NCBI RefSeq assembly: GCF_004010195.1
Contig: NC_057728.1
Location: 40,256,918 to 40,320,917, forward strand
Direction of reading: 5' to 3'
Length of the DNA stretch: 64,000 bases
Source of the DNA: Chiloscyllium plagiosum
Lineage: Eukaryota
The translations under genes and the position numbers were made by a program. The notes under the pieces were generated by a model that was given only the letters and a program-made list of their open reading frames with translations, was not told where the DNA came from and searched no databases. This document shows positions 28,034-40,288 of the stretch, piece after piece. How positions within the stretch are numbered: the stretch's first letter is position 1; every line of letters starts with the position of its first letter.

Positions 28034-28396
28034 CCAGATTATCCCTGTTGCCATTCTTAAACAAAGGAACGATGTTGGCTACCCTTCAGTCCTCCTGGAC
28101 CTCTTTTGTGACTAAACAGAATGCAAAGATTTTGAATGAGATCACAACAATTTCCTCACCTGGCTCTTTCACCAGTAGATCCCAGTAGGCCCTGGGGAGT
28201 TGTCTATTTTAATGCTTTTTGAATTCTTTATGATTTTCCCTGTCCTCCACACGTGAGGCTTTTGTGTTTGAAGTTGAGCATAAACCTACTATTCACAGGG
28301 AATTAGAATCCTCAAACCTAGCTTGATCTGTCAAGAAATTCATTCAGACAGCACAAGGAACAAAGGAATTTGTTATAAAAAGTTCTGTTTTCCAAA

Positions 28397-28620
28397 GTGG
28401 TCATGATTTGGAGATGCCAGTGTTGGACTGGGGTGTACAAAGTTAAAAATCTCACAACACGAGGTTACAGTCCAACAGGTTTAATTGGAAGCACACTAGC
28501 TTTTGGAGCGCCGCTCCTTCATCAGGTGGTTGATTAAGGTTGGTAAAGGAGTGGTGCTCCGAAAGCTAGTGCTTCCAATTAAACCTGTTGGACTGTAACC
28601 TCGTGTTGTGTGATTTCTAA
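28397..28620. mobile_element. Palindromic Penelope-like insertion (lineage 2) with 12-bp TSD
   Basis: TSD CTGTTTTCCAAA at 28385-28396 and 28621-28632; inverted arms ~28441-28520 and ~28544-28622; hammerhead motif at 28497-28525 (-). Confidence 0.85.
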
Positions 28621-28989
28621 CTGTTTTCCAAAATAACACTCAAGTTTTCTTTAAAACTAGCCTTTGTGGATAAAATAGATTAGAACGGCAATTTTGGATA
28701 CAACATTAGAGTTGGGGGGGGGTGAAATTTTCCCAAAATTTTTTGTAAAATTTCATGGAAGGTTTCTTTCTGTGAGCCCTAGCAAGATTTCCTATGTAAC
28801 TTTTTAAAATTCACAATCATTTCAAAGACTTGACAGTGTTATGATAAAGTTCATTAGTACTAGAGTTAATGTGAGAGTGCTTCAAAGGCACAGAAGATGT
28901 AAACATGAAAATCAAACCATTGCAGTGGAAACATATTTAAATAATTATAAACCATTAAATTGTAACAATTGAAGTTGCAAGAAAGGAGA

Positions 28990-29255
28990 TTGTATTGTAG
29001 TGGTCATGACACTAAATCAATAATCCATAGGCCCTGACTAATGCTCTGGCAAAATTTAAATTGATTCTTTTAAATCCGAAATTGAATGTTTGTCTCAATA
29101 TTGGTGACCATTAAACTATCTTTGAGTATTATAAAAATACACGGTTCACAAAATTTCCTTTAGGGAAGGAAATCTACCATCCTTATCCAGCCTAGCCTAC
29201 GTGGGACTACGGATCCACAGCAATGTGGTTGACTCTTGATTGCCCTCTGAAATAA
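28990..29255 (+). mobile_element. MetaSINE/SlmI-like SINE, diverged
   Basis: cctttagggaaggaaatctaccatccttatccagcctagcctacgtgggactacggatccacagcaatgtggttgactct. Confidence 0.7.
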
Positions 29256-29319
29256 CCTCTCATGATTTGTGGAATTGCCCAGGATTCCAGTATTGTGAAA
29301 AGATTGAAAGCATCAGTTA

Positions 29320-29505
29320 TGGAATCATAGAGCCATAGAGATATATCGCATGGAAACGACCCTCCAGTCTAACTTATCAATGCTGACCAGATATCCTAAA
29401 CTGATCTAGTCCTATTTGCCAGCATTTGGTCCATATCTCTCTAATACCTTCCCATTCATATACCCATCCAGATGCTTTTTAAATCTTGTATTTGTACCAG
29501 CCTCC
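29320..29505 (-). mobile_element. CR1 3' end
   Basis: atcatagagccatagag tail; matches 51836 and 62775 ends. Confidence 0.8.
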
Positions 29506-30800
29506 ATTTGGAATGCTCTACACACGCTTCTTTATTTAATTCAAGAATTTTTCAGAACTTGAATGTGTTTTTTTTTGTGGTAAGGGACCTTTGGTGGGGT
29601 GGAGTGGGGGTGGGTGGGAGGTGAAGTTGCAGATATTATCCAGGGTTGTTTATCAAGAAGAGGCTGATAGCAGCACTTGCCCAGTAGTGCGTCCAGGAAG
29701 GAACACTCACCCAAGGCTTAGGATTGCTGAGGAAACCAGGACATAGGTGGCTGATAGCTGGAGGGATGAAAGTCTCAAAGATGGTTGGCAGCAATGGTGG
29801 ACATTGGCTCTCAGCAGACCACTCTTTCTGTTGCCAGAGTCCTCAGTGATGGATTCCAACCTCTTGGGAGCCCATAAGCAACTGTAACAATATTTGCATT
29901 TTCATTTCCAATATGGTGAGTCCCCTGTCCATCTCCAGCTTAAAAGATTAGACCTTTAAAGTTTGTTAATTACCCACTGATCAGTGGGGTTGGAATGCCA
30001 TCCAAGACCCTTCTCACTCTGAACATAGGCATTGCAGGGTCCTCGCCCTGGCGAGATAAGTTCCTACTCTGCCAACAAACAACACCTTGAAGGCAGGCAA
30101 TCATTGAAATCCCTCTGGTTTGCTGGTACTTCCTCTCTCAAACTACATAATGGTTTCTTTTCCAAATTTATCACCAATTGCACTGCTTTTGTTTTGATTA
30201 ATAGTCTGACTTTTAAGCATGAATTTAAAATATATGTGCAAGATTTCCAAGATACCTTTGCCTCAAAAAGCATAGTACTCATGTATGTAGCCCTCAGAAA
30301 TATAAATGACTAACTCTAAATATCTGCAGTCAGGAAACTTTGTTCTGAAAGATAAAAGTGCTGAAGAGTTTTGAAATCTGTTGTCAAAATGGTAGCTCAT
30401 CCCCAGAGTATATGATTAATCATGGTCAAGTTGAAGGGGATTTTGTCAACACATTTTCTGAGATATTCCAGCCCAAGAACCCTCTGGAACAACAATGGAG
30501 TGACCGCAATGTAATATTTCGGATATCATGATGGCTGTGGAGAATTAGTTTTGTGCCAATTCCTAGATTGTGCTATTGTTGTACCGCAAGTCAGATTTCC
30601 AAAGTGAATTATATATCAAGTTAAAATCTAAACAAAAGAAAATTGGGGATGCTGGTTGAAGAATTCAGTGTCATAAAAGATTTTGCTATCACATTGACTT
30701 GAGGGACTCTATGGCTTACCCCTGCTTGTATTTTTCAATGTGACTATATTTTCATACATACACAACAATGAACACTGAGGTTATGGACAAAGCATGTTTT

Positions 30801-31084
30801 GAGAAGATTTGTGGTTCAGTTTGAGGTTCTGGATGTAGGTTTGCTCGCTGAGCTGGAAGGTTCATTTCCAGATGTTTCGTCACCCTACTAGGTAACAGCT
30901 TCAGCGGCCCTCCAGGTGAAGCACTGTACATGATTCCTGCTTTCTATTTTTACATATTAACATAGAAGTAGAAAGCAGGAAACATGTACAGTGCTTCGCC
31001 TGGAGGCCGCTGAAGCTTTTACCTAGTAGTGTGATGAAACGTCTGGAAATAAACCTTCCAGCTCAGTGAGCAAACCTACACCCA
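30801..31084. mobile_element. Palindromic Penelope-like insertion (lineage 3) with 16-bp TSD
   Basis: TSD GGACAAAGCATGTTTT at 30785-30800 and 31085-31100; inverted arms ~30830-30947 and ~30969-31085, each with a hammerhead-like motif. Confidence 0.88.
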
Positions 31085-31111
31085 GGACAAAGCATGTTTT
31101 CACATGAAAAT

Positions 31112-31522
31112 GGGTGGTACAGTGGCTCAGTAGTTAGCACTGCTGCCTCACAATGCCAGGGATCTTGGTTTGATTGCAGCCTTGGAGAGCTGTCTGTGTG
31201 GAGTTTGCACATTCCCCCCATGTCCATTTGGGTTTCCTCCCACGGTCCAAAGACATGTAGGTTGGGTGCTTTGTGCATGCTGAATTGTCCAAAGTCTTCA
31301 AAAATGTACAAGCTAGGTGGATCAATCTTGGGAAATGGAATTCCAGCCCTGATGAGCAGTGGGTAATTAATGCAAACTTTAAAGGTCTTATCTTATTATT
31401 ACTCCTTTCCAACTGGGATAGGGTAGGGGGTAGAGTCTGGGGGGGCGCTCTTCTAAGGGTCAGTGTGGATCTGATGGACTGAGTGGCCTGCTTCCACACT
31501 GTAGGGATTCTCTGATTCTATG
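31112..31522 (+). mobile_element. HE1-like SINE
   Basis: cagtggctcagtagttagcactgctgcctcac head; tail cttccacactgtagggattctctgattctatg. Confidence 0.85.
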
Positions 31523-33514
31523 AATAAGGTTCCACCAAACCTTGATTTGCAATGATGGAAAGAATTAAGGAAAACAATTCATGGAGGAAGTTGCTCTGGT
31601 TTTGACTTTGGTCCATGATTTTTGTATAAAAGTGTGGATAGAGCATTCTGAGATGTGGTGTGTTCCAGCATTCACTCAATGCTGCAGCATTGGGAAATTC
31701 CACATGACCCCAGAACTGAAAAAAAAAGAACAATGCTGGAACCACTTGTCGTATCAGAAGATAGTTGAGAAGTCTTAAAACTCTTCAAGCTGAGGTTTTA
31801 GTACATTGTGACTTACTGCTTAATAGGTTTCCTGTTCATTTCTAAACTTCTGATTTAAAAAATGTTAACAACCCTATTTGACTCCTGTCATACAGGAAAA
31901 GAACAGAAAGGTGTTAGTAAGCTTCTGGCCTGAACCACATATTCAGTTTAACACTAAGTCAAATGCAAGAAAGCAAGCTCTGGGGAATTTTTCTTTTTTT
32001 TTGTTTGTTGAGCCTTTAACAAGTAGTGGGGAAGTCCATTTCTTATTGCCTTGTTGAACATCCTCTGTGGATCTCATACATATAACTTTTGTGTGATTCA
32101 CTCTATGCTCAATAGGCATTCTTGAACACAATTGAGATTTAACCCTTTGCCATTTCAAACTGTAAGTTTTTGGCACATCTAAAGAATGCATCTAAACTCT
32201 AATGACATGAGGAACCAATCTGATTTTCAAACAAGCTTCCGCAGTCAGTATGACAAATAAAGCAATATTCCACATACAGTGATGTGAAAATAAAATACTG
32301 CAGGTGATAGAAATCTGAAATAAAAACAGAAAGTGGTAGAAATAATCAGCATGTTTGATAGCATCTATAACATAGTTTTTTGGTGACTAATTTTCAGTAC
32401 TGCAGCCCAGATATTGTCAGAGGATATAAGAGATTGACATCTGAATCCATTGAATAATGACTAAAATCACATGAGTTAATCATGGAGTTATGATCCATGT
32501 GTCTGTCTTCAGATGTTGTTCACTTAAACCCTCACGATCTGCTAATGTTGCTGCTATAGCAGAAGAATTCATATTTTTGAAAAAAATTGATTATTTGTTT
32601 TATTAATCACTATGTGGTTTGGCGATGTCAATAGGCAGTTTCTATTTAAACCATGTATGCAATATTAAAAATGGTAAACTGAGCTATAATGATGAATTTA
32701 TTTTTTGTCATTGGCATTGTTTTAGATTGCGTTATGTGATACCTTGTCGTACCTATTCTAATAGTACAGAGTGTATGCATTGTATTCCACAAATGGAAAA
32801 TGAATGCAATTGCTAATGAAAAGCAGGCCACTTTGTATTTTAGCTTGTTCTGAAGCTTATAGCTGAACTAATGAGTCATAATAGGCTTTCACAGTTGCTA
32901 AACTGATGTCATCATAAAGAATCCTCTGTGCATTTGCCAAGATGTTTCACTTGAAACTAGTAGAAGTCAGCATAAGGAGGCTCATCAAAAGAAAATCAAA
33001 ACTATAATTTACCTTGACTATTGCTGCTGTCAGATTTTATGAAATTCAAAGTCATGTTTTGTCTCTATTAAACTAGGTGCATTTTCTGAATTCAGAAACT
33101 GCTTCCTAACACTTCAGTGGCCTTAAAGTTGAGTGGGCTGATTTCTGCATTCATTTTCCTATTATCTACCAGCTTAAATACAAAACAAAAGGCTATGTGT
33201 CAATTTTGGGAGTTTCATTCTCTTTGTGAACTCTAGTGAGTTATCTCATGCAATTCTCCACAGGTCCCCTCATTATGTATGTCCCAAGCATCTCGCACTA
33301 CATTCACACTATCTTGCATTCACCAGTGCAGAAGTACTCACCATTATTGGAATCTGCTGGATATTGCATCACTGGTACCATAGAAGTAGCCAGGTCAAAT
33401 GCTGCAAGCCAGGATTCGGCCTTCACCATTGCTTTGTGAGAGTAATTAAACATGGTTGGGATTGGTTGCTAATTTGACTCTCCATTATAGGCTACTTTGA
33501 GAGTGGAGAAATAG

Positions 33515-33658
33515 TTACAGATTAAAAATTAAAACACCAATATGAAATTTAAAAAACAAACAAATTAAGAACTAAGCAAATAAAGTGCTTACAGATTAAA
33601 TTTAAATGACCAATGGGAAATTTTAAAAAATAAAATTATGAACTAAGCAAATAAAGTA
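33515..33658 (+). repeat. ~74-bp imperfect tandem duplication
   Basis: ttacagattaaa...gaactaagcaaataaagt occurs twice, head to tail. Confidence 0.75.
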
Positions 33659-33659
33659 G

Positions 33660-34700
33660 GGAAGCAGGGCCAGGCGATGTGTTGCATCTCAATCAAATGG
33701 GAGCTAGTGGATCCCATTGTGGTTCGGAGATAGCGCTGCAGGAGCCTCAGCCTTTGAGTTATCAAACAGGTTTGAGATTCTTGCTCCCTATGTGGATGAC
33801 AGTGGAGTCTTTAAGGAGGATAAGCAAATTTACCATAGCAGCATGGTACAAGGAGCTATTCAAGAGGAGGGAGAAAAGAGAAATGTAGTTGTAATTGGAG
33901 ATTATATAGTCAGGGGAATGATGGCACATATAGAGGTCACAAGGGCAATAAACCAGTTAAGGTGGTGCAGTGGGAGGGAGTTCAGGAGAGATTATTCAAG
34001 TTTTCAGATCAAGTAATAGGACAGAGAATGGAAAGGGCATGGAATCTAACTTCAGGCACAGCAGATAAGAGAAAAATTATGGGGGAGTGGACTGGCGCTT
34101 GACACATGACTGAGGGTGTTGTACTTAAATGTACACAGTATACAAACCAGGGAAATGAGCTTGTACTGCGGATTGGTATTGGCAGGTACAATGTTGTGGG
34201 CATCACAAAGGCATGGCTGCAAGGGGATCAGGGCTGGGAATTAAATATTCAAGGTTACATAAACTATCGAAAGAACAGGTAGATGGTCAGAAGGGGTTGG
34301 CATGCCTTGTTAGTATGAAGTGAGATTAAATCAATAGCAAGAAGCAATATAGAGTTGGAAGATGTGAAAGGGTCGAGTTGAGGAACTGCCAAGGGAAAAA
34401 GACCCTGATGGGAGTTATGTACAGGGCTCTTAGCTGTAGTCTGAATCTGGGGTAGAAAATAAATCATTGCCAATAATTTCCCCCTCCCATAGTCTACCAT
34501 GCCCTCTGATGTTGTTCTGCATAACCCTCATGCACTTTGAGTTTTGCCTCACTTCACTTCCTTTGTTCCCACTTTCGCCAATGTCTCTGTGTTCCATCAA
34601 GTCTTGAATCCCCATCCCATTTGGCAGATATGTCTATTACGTAAACTGATGATATATGCTGTCGATGTAACATTGATGCAGCACAGTGCCATACAACAAC
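33660..34700. mobile_element. Old CR1 relic: plus-strand ORF1/ORF2 start (33660-34470), minus-strand RT piece (34510-34700)
   Basis: FELSNRFEIL...VVVIGDYIVRG (SGNH block I-like); gttgtgggcatcacaaaggcatggctg resembles the endonuclease ITETWL motif. Confidence 0.7.
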
Positions 34701-34740
34701 ATGTCCACCCTCAATGGAAGACTGGCAAATCTGATAGGGT

Positions 34741-34844
34741 TGAAAATGTGTTGCTGGAAAAGCGCAGCAGGTCAGGCTGCGCTTTTCCAGCAATACTTTT
34801 TCAGCTCTGATATCCAGCATCTGCAGACCTCACTTTCTCCTCAA
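34741..34844. mobile_element. Miniature Penelope-like fold-back insertion
   Basis: 18-bp perfect stem with 7-nt loop at 34751-34793; flanks AAATCTGATAGGGT (34727-34740) and AAATTTGATAGGGT (34845-34858). Confidence 0.82.
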
Positions 34845-36289
34845 AAATTTGATAGGGTGCCTGGCTTTGTGTATGTGCTAAAAGGCAAGGCAAGACAGAC
34901 GTACTATGAGGCTGTAAATTCTGAATGAGGCACCAATGTGTAAAAAGACAAAGCAAGGCAGAGATGCTATAGGACCCTAAAAGGGTACTAAGAAAATATG
35001 CTAAAAGCTCAGGAAAGCACACTGTTTTGAGACATAAGGTGGCTGTTTCTCCCTATTCACAAAGTGGCCTGGTAGCAGCACTGCAATGTAAGGTGTTAGT
35101 GTGCTCCAAAGTGTACTACTGAAGTGGTGCAGTATTATATTGTGAGTTAGAAATGTGTCATGATGATGTCGTGAGCCTGGTACTTGTTTGATGCCCTACT
35201 CCTTGGAAAGTGATGCAGGTGGCCATTCCCCTTGGAGTGTGCCCCGAGGTCTTGGGAAATTCTGGATAAGATGGAGGCCCAGTTAAACCAGCAACAGCAT
35301 GAGCCACCAGGTATCAACACAGAGTTTCATGTTAGGAATTGTCGCCATCAAATTTAAATGTCTGGGAAAATAGCAAACTACAGATAAATGAGGTGAGATT
35401 TGATAATATGAGATGTCAATGCATGCAATTATGCTTAGCAAGAGTCTCATCTTGCTAGTAAAACCTCAGATGGAAAATTGGACTTATTTCTCCTCAACAG
35501 CAAGAATCTAATTTTTCTGATCTCACCGTATTTTTCCAACTGACTCGTCATTGCCCGTGTTGTTCAGGGACTGTTCTGAATGTCACTGCTGACTGCTGGA
35601 CTCTGCTTATATTCATAAAGGAGATGCCACCAATGACTAACAGCTTCAATTTGGGTTCAATAGCGTTGAGACACTACACATTGTAGTTACGGTAAAGTTA
35701 CACATTCTGTTTCTTCACAAATACAAATCTATCATGAGAATGATGATAAACTGAAGTTACAACAAACCAGAAACATCATTGACAGATTTAGACAGCATTG
35801 AACAAAATAAAACGTGGTTACTGTGTAATAAAAACAAAACCATTGAACAAAATAAAAGTAACGGAGTCAATATGAGTTTGTGGAAGGTTATTTTATGTTG
35901 GTTACCCTGATGTAACAGTTAGTATATGCTGTAAATTCAATTTTATTCAGATCTGAATCTAAATTAAGAAACATCCAGATAATTTTTTGAAGCTTAATTG
36001 TTGGGATATGGAAGACACTGGCAGAGCCTTCCATTGTTGCCCATAAGATAATGGTAGATTTCCTTCATGAATTTCTGGTAAATGGTTAGGTATCACTGAG
36101 AGGAAGAATGATTTAAGGACTTTTGACTGGAATCATACATAGGTCATTCCAAATAAGGAAGGCAGAGTTCATTGGTGAACACATTGAGTTTTTACAGCAA
36201 TCCAGTCGCCTTATGACCTATCCTATCTCTCACTCTGCCAGTACTGTCACAACAGGTGATTAACACTGCTGCAATGAGAAGTGCAAGAT

Positions 36290-36690
36290 AACTTTCTTGG
36301 AATTCTTAATGATGCTCCAACAATCATGAGGCTTGACACCATATAGGACAAAGCAGCGCACTTCATCCGCTACCTTAAATATAATCTGCTACCATTGGCA
36401 CACAGTGGCTTCAGGATGTGCCATCGAATAATTGCACTGCAGCAACATTCAAGATTTTTCCAACCTTTCAAATCCATGACTACGTTGTCTAGAAGGACAA
36501 AGGACAGTAGACACCCTAGAGTTCTAACCCTTGCAAGTTCCTCTCCATATCACATATCACCATGATTTGGAATTATTCACCATTCTTTCACTACTGTTTT
36601 ATCAAGATCCTGGAACTTCCTCACTAACCTTTTCAAGAGCAATTAGGATGAGGAAATTCATTTTCACATCCCACGAACAAACAATTAAAG
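36290..36690 (+). mobile_element. 3' end of the LINE family seen at 23000-25505
   Basis: tctagaaggacaaaggacagtagaca, catgatttggaa and gagcaattaggatg match 25220-25460. Confidence 0.6.
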
Positions 36691-37075
36691 CATTGCTATG
36701 CTTGTGTAAGAGATACAAACTAAATTTGCCTGAAAACTTTTAAGTCTTGTCATCCTAAGTATCAGAATCTAAATAAAAGCATGACATGATGTCTCACTGG
36801 AGTAGCACATTGGAAATCAAGCCCTGCTATTCCCAGAGTCGTCACAAAAGTTAAAGATTTAACAATATGCAGAATTCCCCAATTTACCTGTCTTTCTACC
36901 TTAGATTGGTAGAAGTGATGGGCCAGGCTTCTGTACTTAACAAGAATGACTATTTATTACAAGTAAATGGATTCTAACTATAGTTAAACAATTCAAAACT
37001 ATCAACATATCTACTATTTTTAAATATATTTAACTATCTACTAATTAAAACTCCCCTTTATAATCTCACCCTCTG

Positions 37076-37095
37076 CACACACACACACACACACA
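37076..37095. repeat. (CA)10 microsatellite
   Basis: Read directly from the sequence. Confidence 0.95.
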
Positions 37096-38720
37096 TGCAA
37101 ACAGACATTAATTGCTGATAGAGATTTTTATATCATATAACTTATCTATGGTGTTATTTTGGAATATTTGTTTGAAAAGTTGCATTTTTAAGACTGTGAG
37201 CTTAATTTTTGTCTTTGAGACAGGAAGCTCAAGCCAGGATACTTTCCACATCAGCTGACTGTCTGTTTTCAAAAGGGCCCTGTCTGCAATACCTTCATCT
37301 CAAAGAGGCAGGGTGGACTATAGTTGGTCCTACTATTTCCACAGACAATAATCCCTCTCGTCTAACAATGTATTCTAAATGAACGTAGCTGTTTTTTTTG
37401 TTGCTCTCTCTGAAGGCTGTAGCATGCTGTTTTCTTCACTTTGAAAGGCCTGTGGATTTAAATCACTTCAGATAATGAAACTTAAACAGGCCTTATCTTC
37501 CCATTATGAGCGGTTACATCTTCTCCATTCAGTTGCAGCTCCCATACTGTGGTTTAAGGCTCTTGGAACAGCAGAAATGATGTTTGTTTGAAATCAACGC
37601 TAATTTTTCACAAGCTTGCAGTGTTCGGGCATTCTGCCAATGTTATTTGTGCCCTGCTTCCTTTCTCCTGCTGGAAGGAATAGTATTTGCCAGAAATGGG
37701 ATTTCTTTCAATGCGTTCTAAAGAGTTTTCTCATTCAGTTCTTTGCAGCGCTCCTGATGATGCAAGCACTGCATCCCTGTGGCACCCTACCCACATTATC
37801 ATGTGCTCACCAGTGGCAGATGTATTGGCCACAGCAGAGAACTTCTGGGATCCCCATGCCATACTTAAAGGTCAGCCATGCGCCTGGTCGAGCACTGTCA
37901 GCCAGGTACTGGCCCTTTTCAGTACAAATAGCAGGAGGGGAATAGTAATATAAAGCTTCTGAGGGAAGATAGGTAGCAGGTGACACTTCATTGCAATACA
38001 GGTTTACAGTCGGAAATGTATTTCCACTTTACATCATTATGTGTCGAACCATCGGCCAAAGAAATTGTTACACAGGTTAGCATTCCTTATCGGAATACAC
38101 ACTTAAGGGGGTTACCTACAATTTTCCTAATGCCTAACATAATAAAATGTTTTCTCATTGTTCAGTGTGGGAGCGTCATATGCTGAAGGCTTTCAAATTA
38201 TTGAAAACATAGAACAATAGCAAAATCAATGCAAAACACAAACAGAAAAATAAACAGGGAATATTTGTCTTCTGAGCATCAACAAATTTATTGTCAGTGT
38301 GTAATCTCTGGACCCAGCTCACATCTATTAGAACTGGGTCAAGTAAGTGTTGCCTGGCTTTCTGTGCCTAACATTGTAGCAATTGATTATGCTGAAGGTG
38401 ATGTTCCTCCCACTCAATGCCTTCATCTTCCTTCTTGGAAGTCTGTTTTACTCTCCCAGCTCTTCATCCTCTATCACAGCCTTTCTTTCCCTGCTCCAGT
38501 TGTGTAGAGTACAGTATGCTTAGTTTATGTATCACATATTGGAGTGTACGGTAAGGACCCATCCACTCCCAAAATGGCCTATTCAAACATCAGAACCTTA
38601 ACTTCAGCAGGTATATCATCTGCTCAACTATGGCCCAGGTGGAAGAATGGACTTCACTGATCCACGTTCAGCCTCAGTCAGGGGCTTGTGTAATGGAGTC
38701 ACCGACTATGATTGCAGACA

Positions 38721-39404
38721 CTGAAAAATGTGTTGCTGGAAAAGCGCAGCAGGTCAGGCAGCATCCAAGGAGCAGGAGAATCGACATTTTGGGCATAAGC
38801 CCTTCTTCAGGAATGAGGAAGGTGTGCCAAGCAGGCTAAGATAAAAGGTAGGGAGGAGGGACTTGGGGGAAGGGCGTTGGGAATGCGATAGGTNNNNNNN
38901 NNNNNNNNNNNNNNNNNNNNNNNNNNNNNNNNNNNNNNNNNNNNNNNNNNNNNNNNNNNNNNNNNNNNNNNNNNNNNNNNNNNNNNNNNNNNNNNNNGAT
39001 GGAGGAGTCCAAGGACCTGCATGTCCTTGGTGGAGTGGGAGGGGGAAGTGTTCAGCCACGGGGCGGTTGGGTTGGTTGGTGTGGGTGTGCCAGAGGTTTT
39101 CTCTGAAACATTCCGCAAGTAGGCGGTCTGTCTCCCCAATGTAGAGGAGGCCACATCGGGTGCAGCGGATGCAGTAAATGATGTGTGTGGAGGTGCAGGT
39201 GAATTTGTGACGGATATGGAAGGATCCCTTGGAGCCTTGGAGGGAAATGAGGGAGGAGGTGTGGGAGCAAGTTTTGCATTTCTTGCGGTTGCAGGGGAAG
39301 GTGCCGGGTATGGAGGTTGGGTTGGTGGGGGGTGTGGACCTGATGAGGGAGTCGTGGAGGGAGTGGTCTTTCCGGAACGCTGATAGGGGAGGGGAGGGAA
39401 AAAA
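38721..39404 (-). mobile_element. Penelope-like element GIY-YIG fragment inserted in the Harbinger transposase, 13-bp TSD
   Basis: CNRKKCKTC...HIIYCIRCTRCGLLYIGETDRLLAECFRE; TSD ATGATTGCAGACA at 38708-38720 and 39405-39417. Confidence 0.92.
38894..38997. other. Assembly gap (104 N)
   Basis: Run of N. Confidence 1.
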
Positions 39405-39757
39405 ATGATTGCAGACAGCAGCTCTTGTCTCCCGGTAATGATCCTTGGGAGACATACAACCCCATGAAGCTGGAGCATAAGAGTGGTCAAGGACAGGGAT
39501 AACTTTGAAGCTTCCAGGGTAATCGGCATAGACCTTTAGTGTGTATTAATAATCATTGGTGACTTGTACATTGATTTTTTTTATTTGTGAAATCTATTGC
39601 ATTATAATATCGTGTTCTCAATGCAGCCCATGTACACTTCATAGTTCCCTGTATCTGGGGGAAGCCAGCTCTTTTGGCAATGTTTACCTCAGGGTCCAGC
39701 CCTGACCCTATCATTGGAGAATGACGTAGATACAGTGTGATCATTGACTACAGCCTT

Positions 39758-40288
39758 AATATAAAATGAAGACCGATGGGTGCTGAAGATCTGAAACAAA
39801 TGCAGAAATTGCTGGTGAAACTCAGAAGGTTCTGAATTGAATCATTTAGTTCAATCATTTATTGTCATGAGTTTTCAATATAAAATACAGTCAAAAGTTT
39901 ATACCATCAACATGCATAGACATCATTCTCATTAACTTCACAGTAAAAGAAAAAAACAAAGAAGGATAACTTAAAGAGAGTCCGCCTTTTCCGCTCTGCC
40001 ACTAGAGTCCTGCTCAGGGCTACACCAGCTCATGCCATTCCGCTGGCACAATCCTGCTCCAGGCTTCACAGGCCAGCCAACTCTCTAGCCACGCTGCCGC
40101 TGAAGACACCATCGCTCCAGACTCCATCGAAGCTGCCTTTGATGGTTTAGCAGCTTCAGGGTTAACGTTTCAATTCCGCTGAACCTTCATCAGAACTTAA
40201 GAAGGGCCAATGGGCTCGAAATGCTAACTATGTTTCTCCCTTCATAGATGCTGCTAGACCTGCTGAGTTCCTTCAGCAATTTCTGCTT
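39758..40288. mobile_element. Penelope-like fold-back insertion (lineage 4) with 14-bp TSD, containing a Rex1-tailed element (~39845-40140)
   Basis: TSD TTGACTACAGCCTT at 39744-39757 and 40289-40302; inverted ends gcagaaattgctggtgaaactcag / ctgagttccttcagcaatttctgc. Confidence 0.82.

Larger units (their letters stand above)
26345..28215 (-). mobile_element. CR1 LINE 3' part with two Penelope-like insertions
   Basis: Tail aacaaagaacaaagaa at 26345 matches 698-718; RT relics continue to ~28200. Confidence 0.85.

Noticed and set aside
38754..39529. 233-aa and 240-aa ORFs as novel proteins
   Set aside because: They are chimeras of Harbinger relic and Penelope GIY-YIG sequence read through an N gap.
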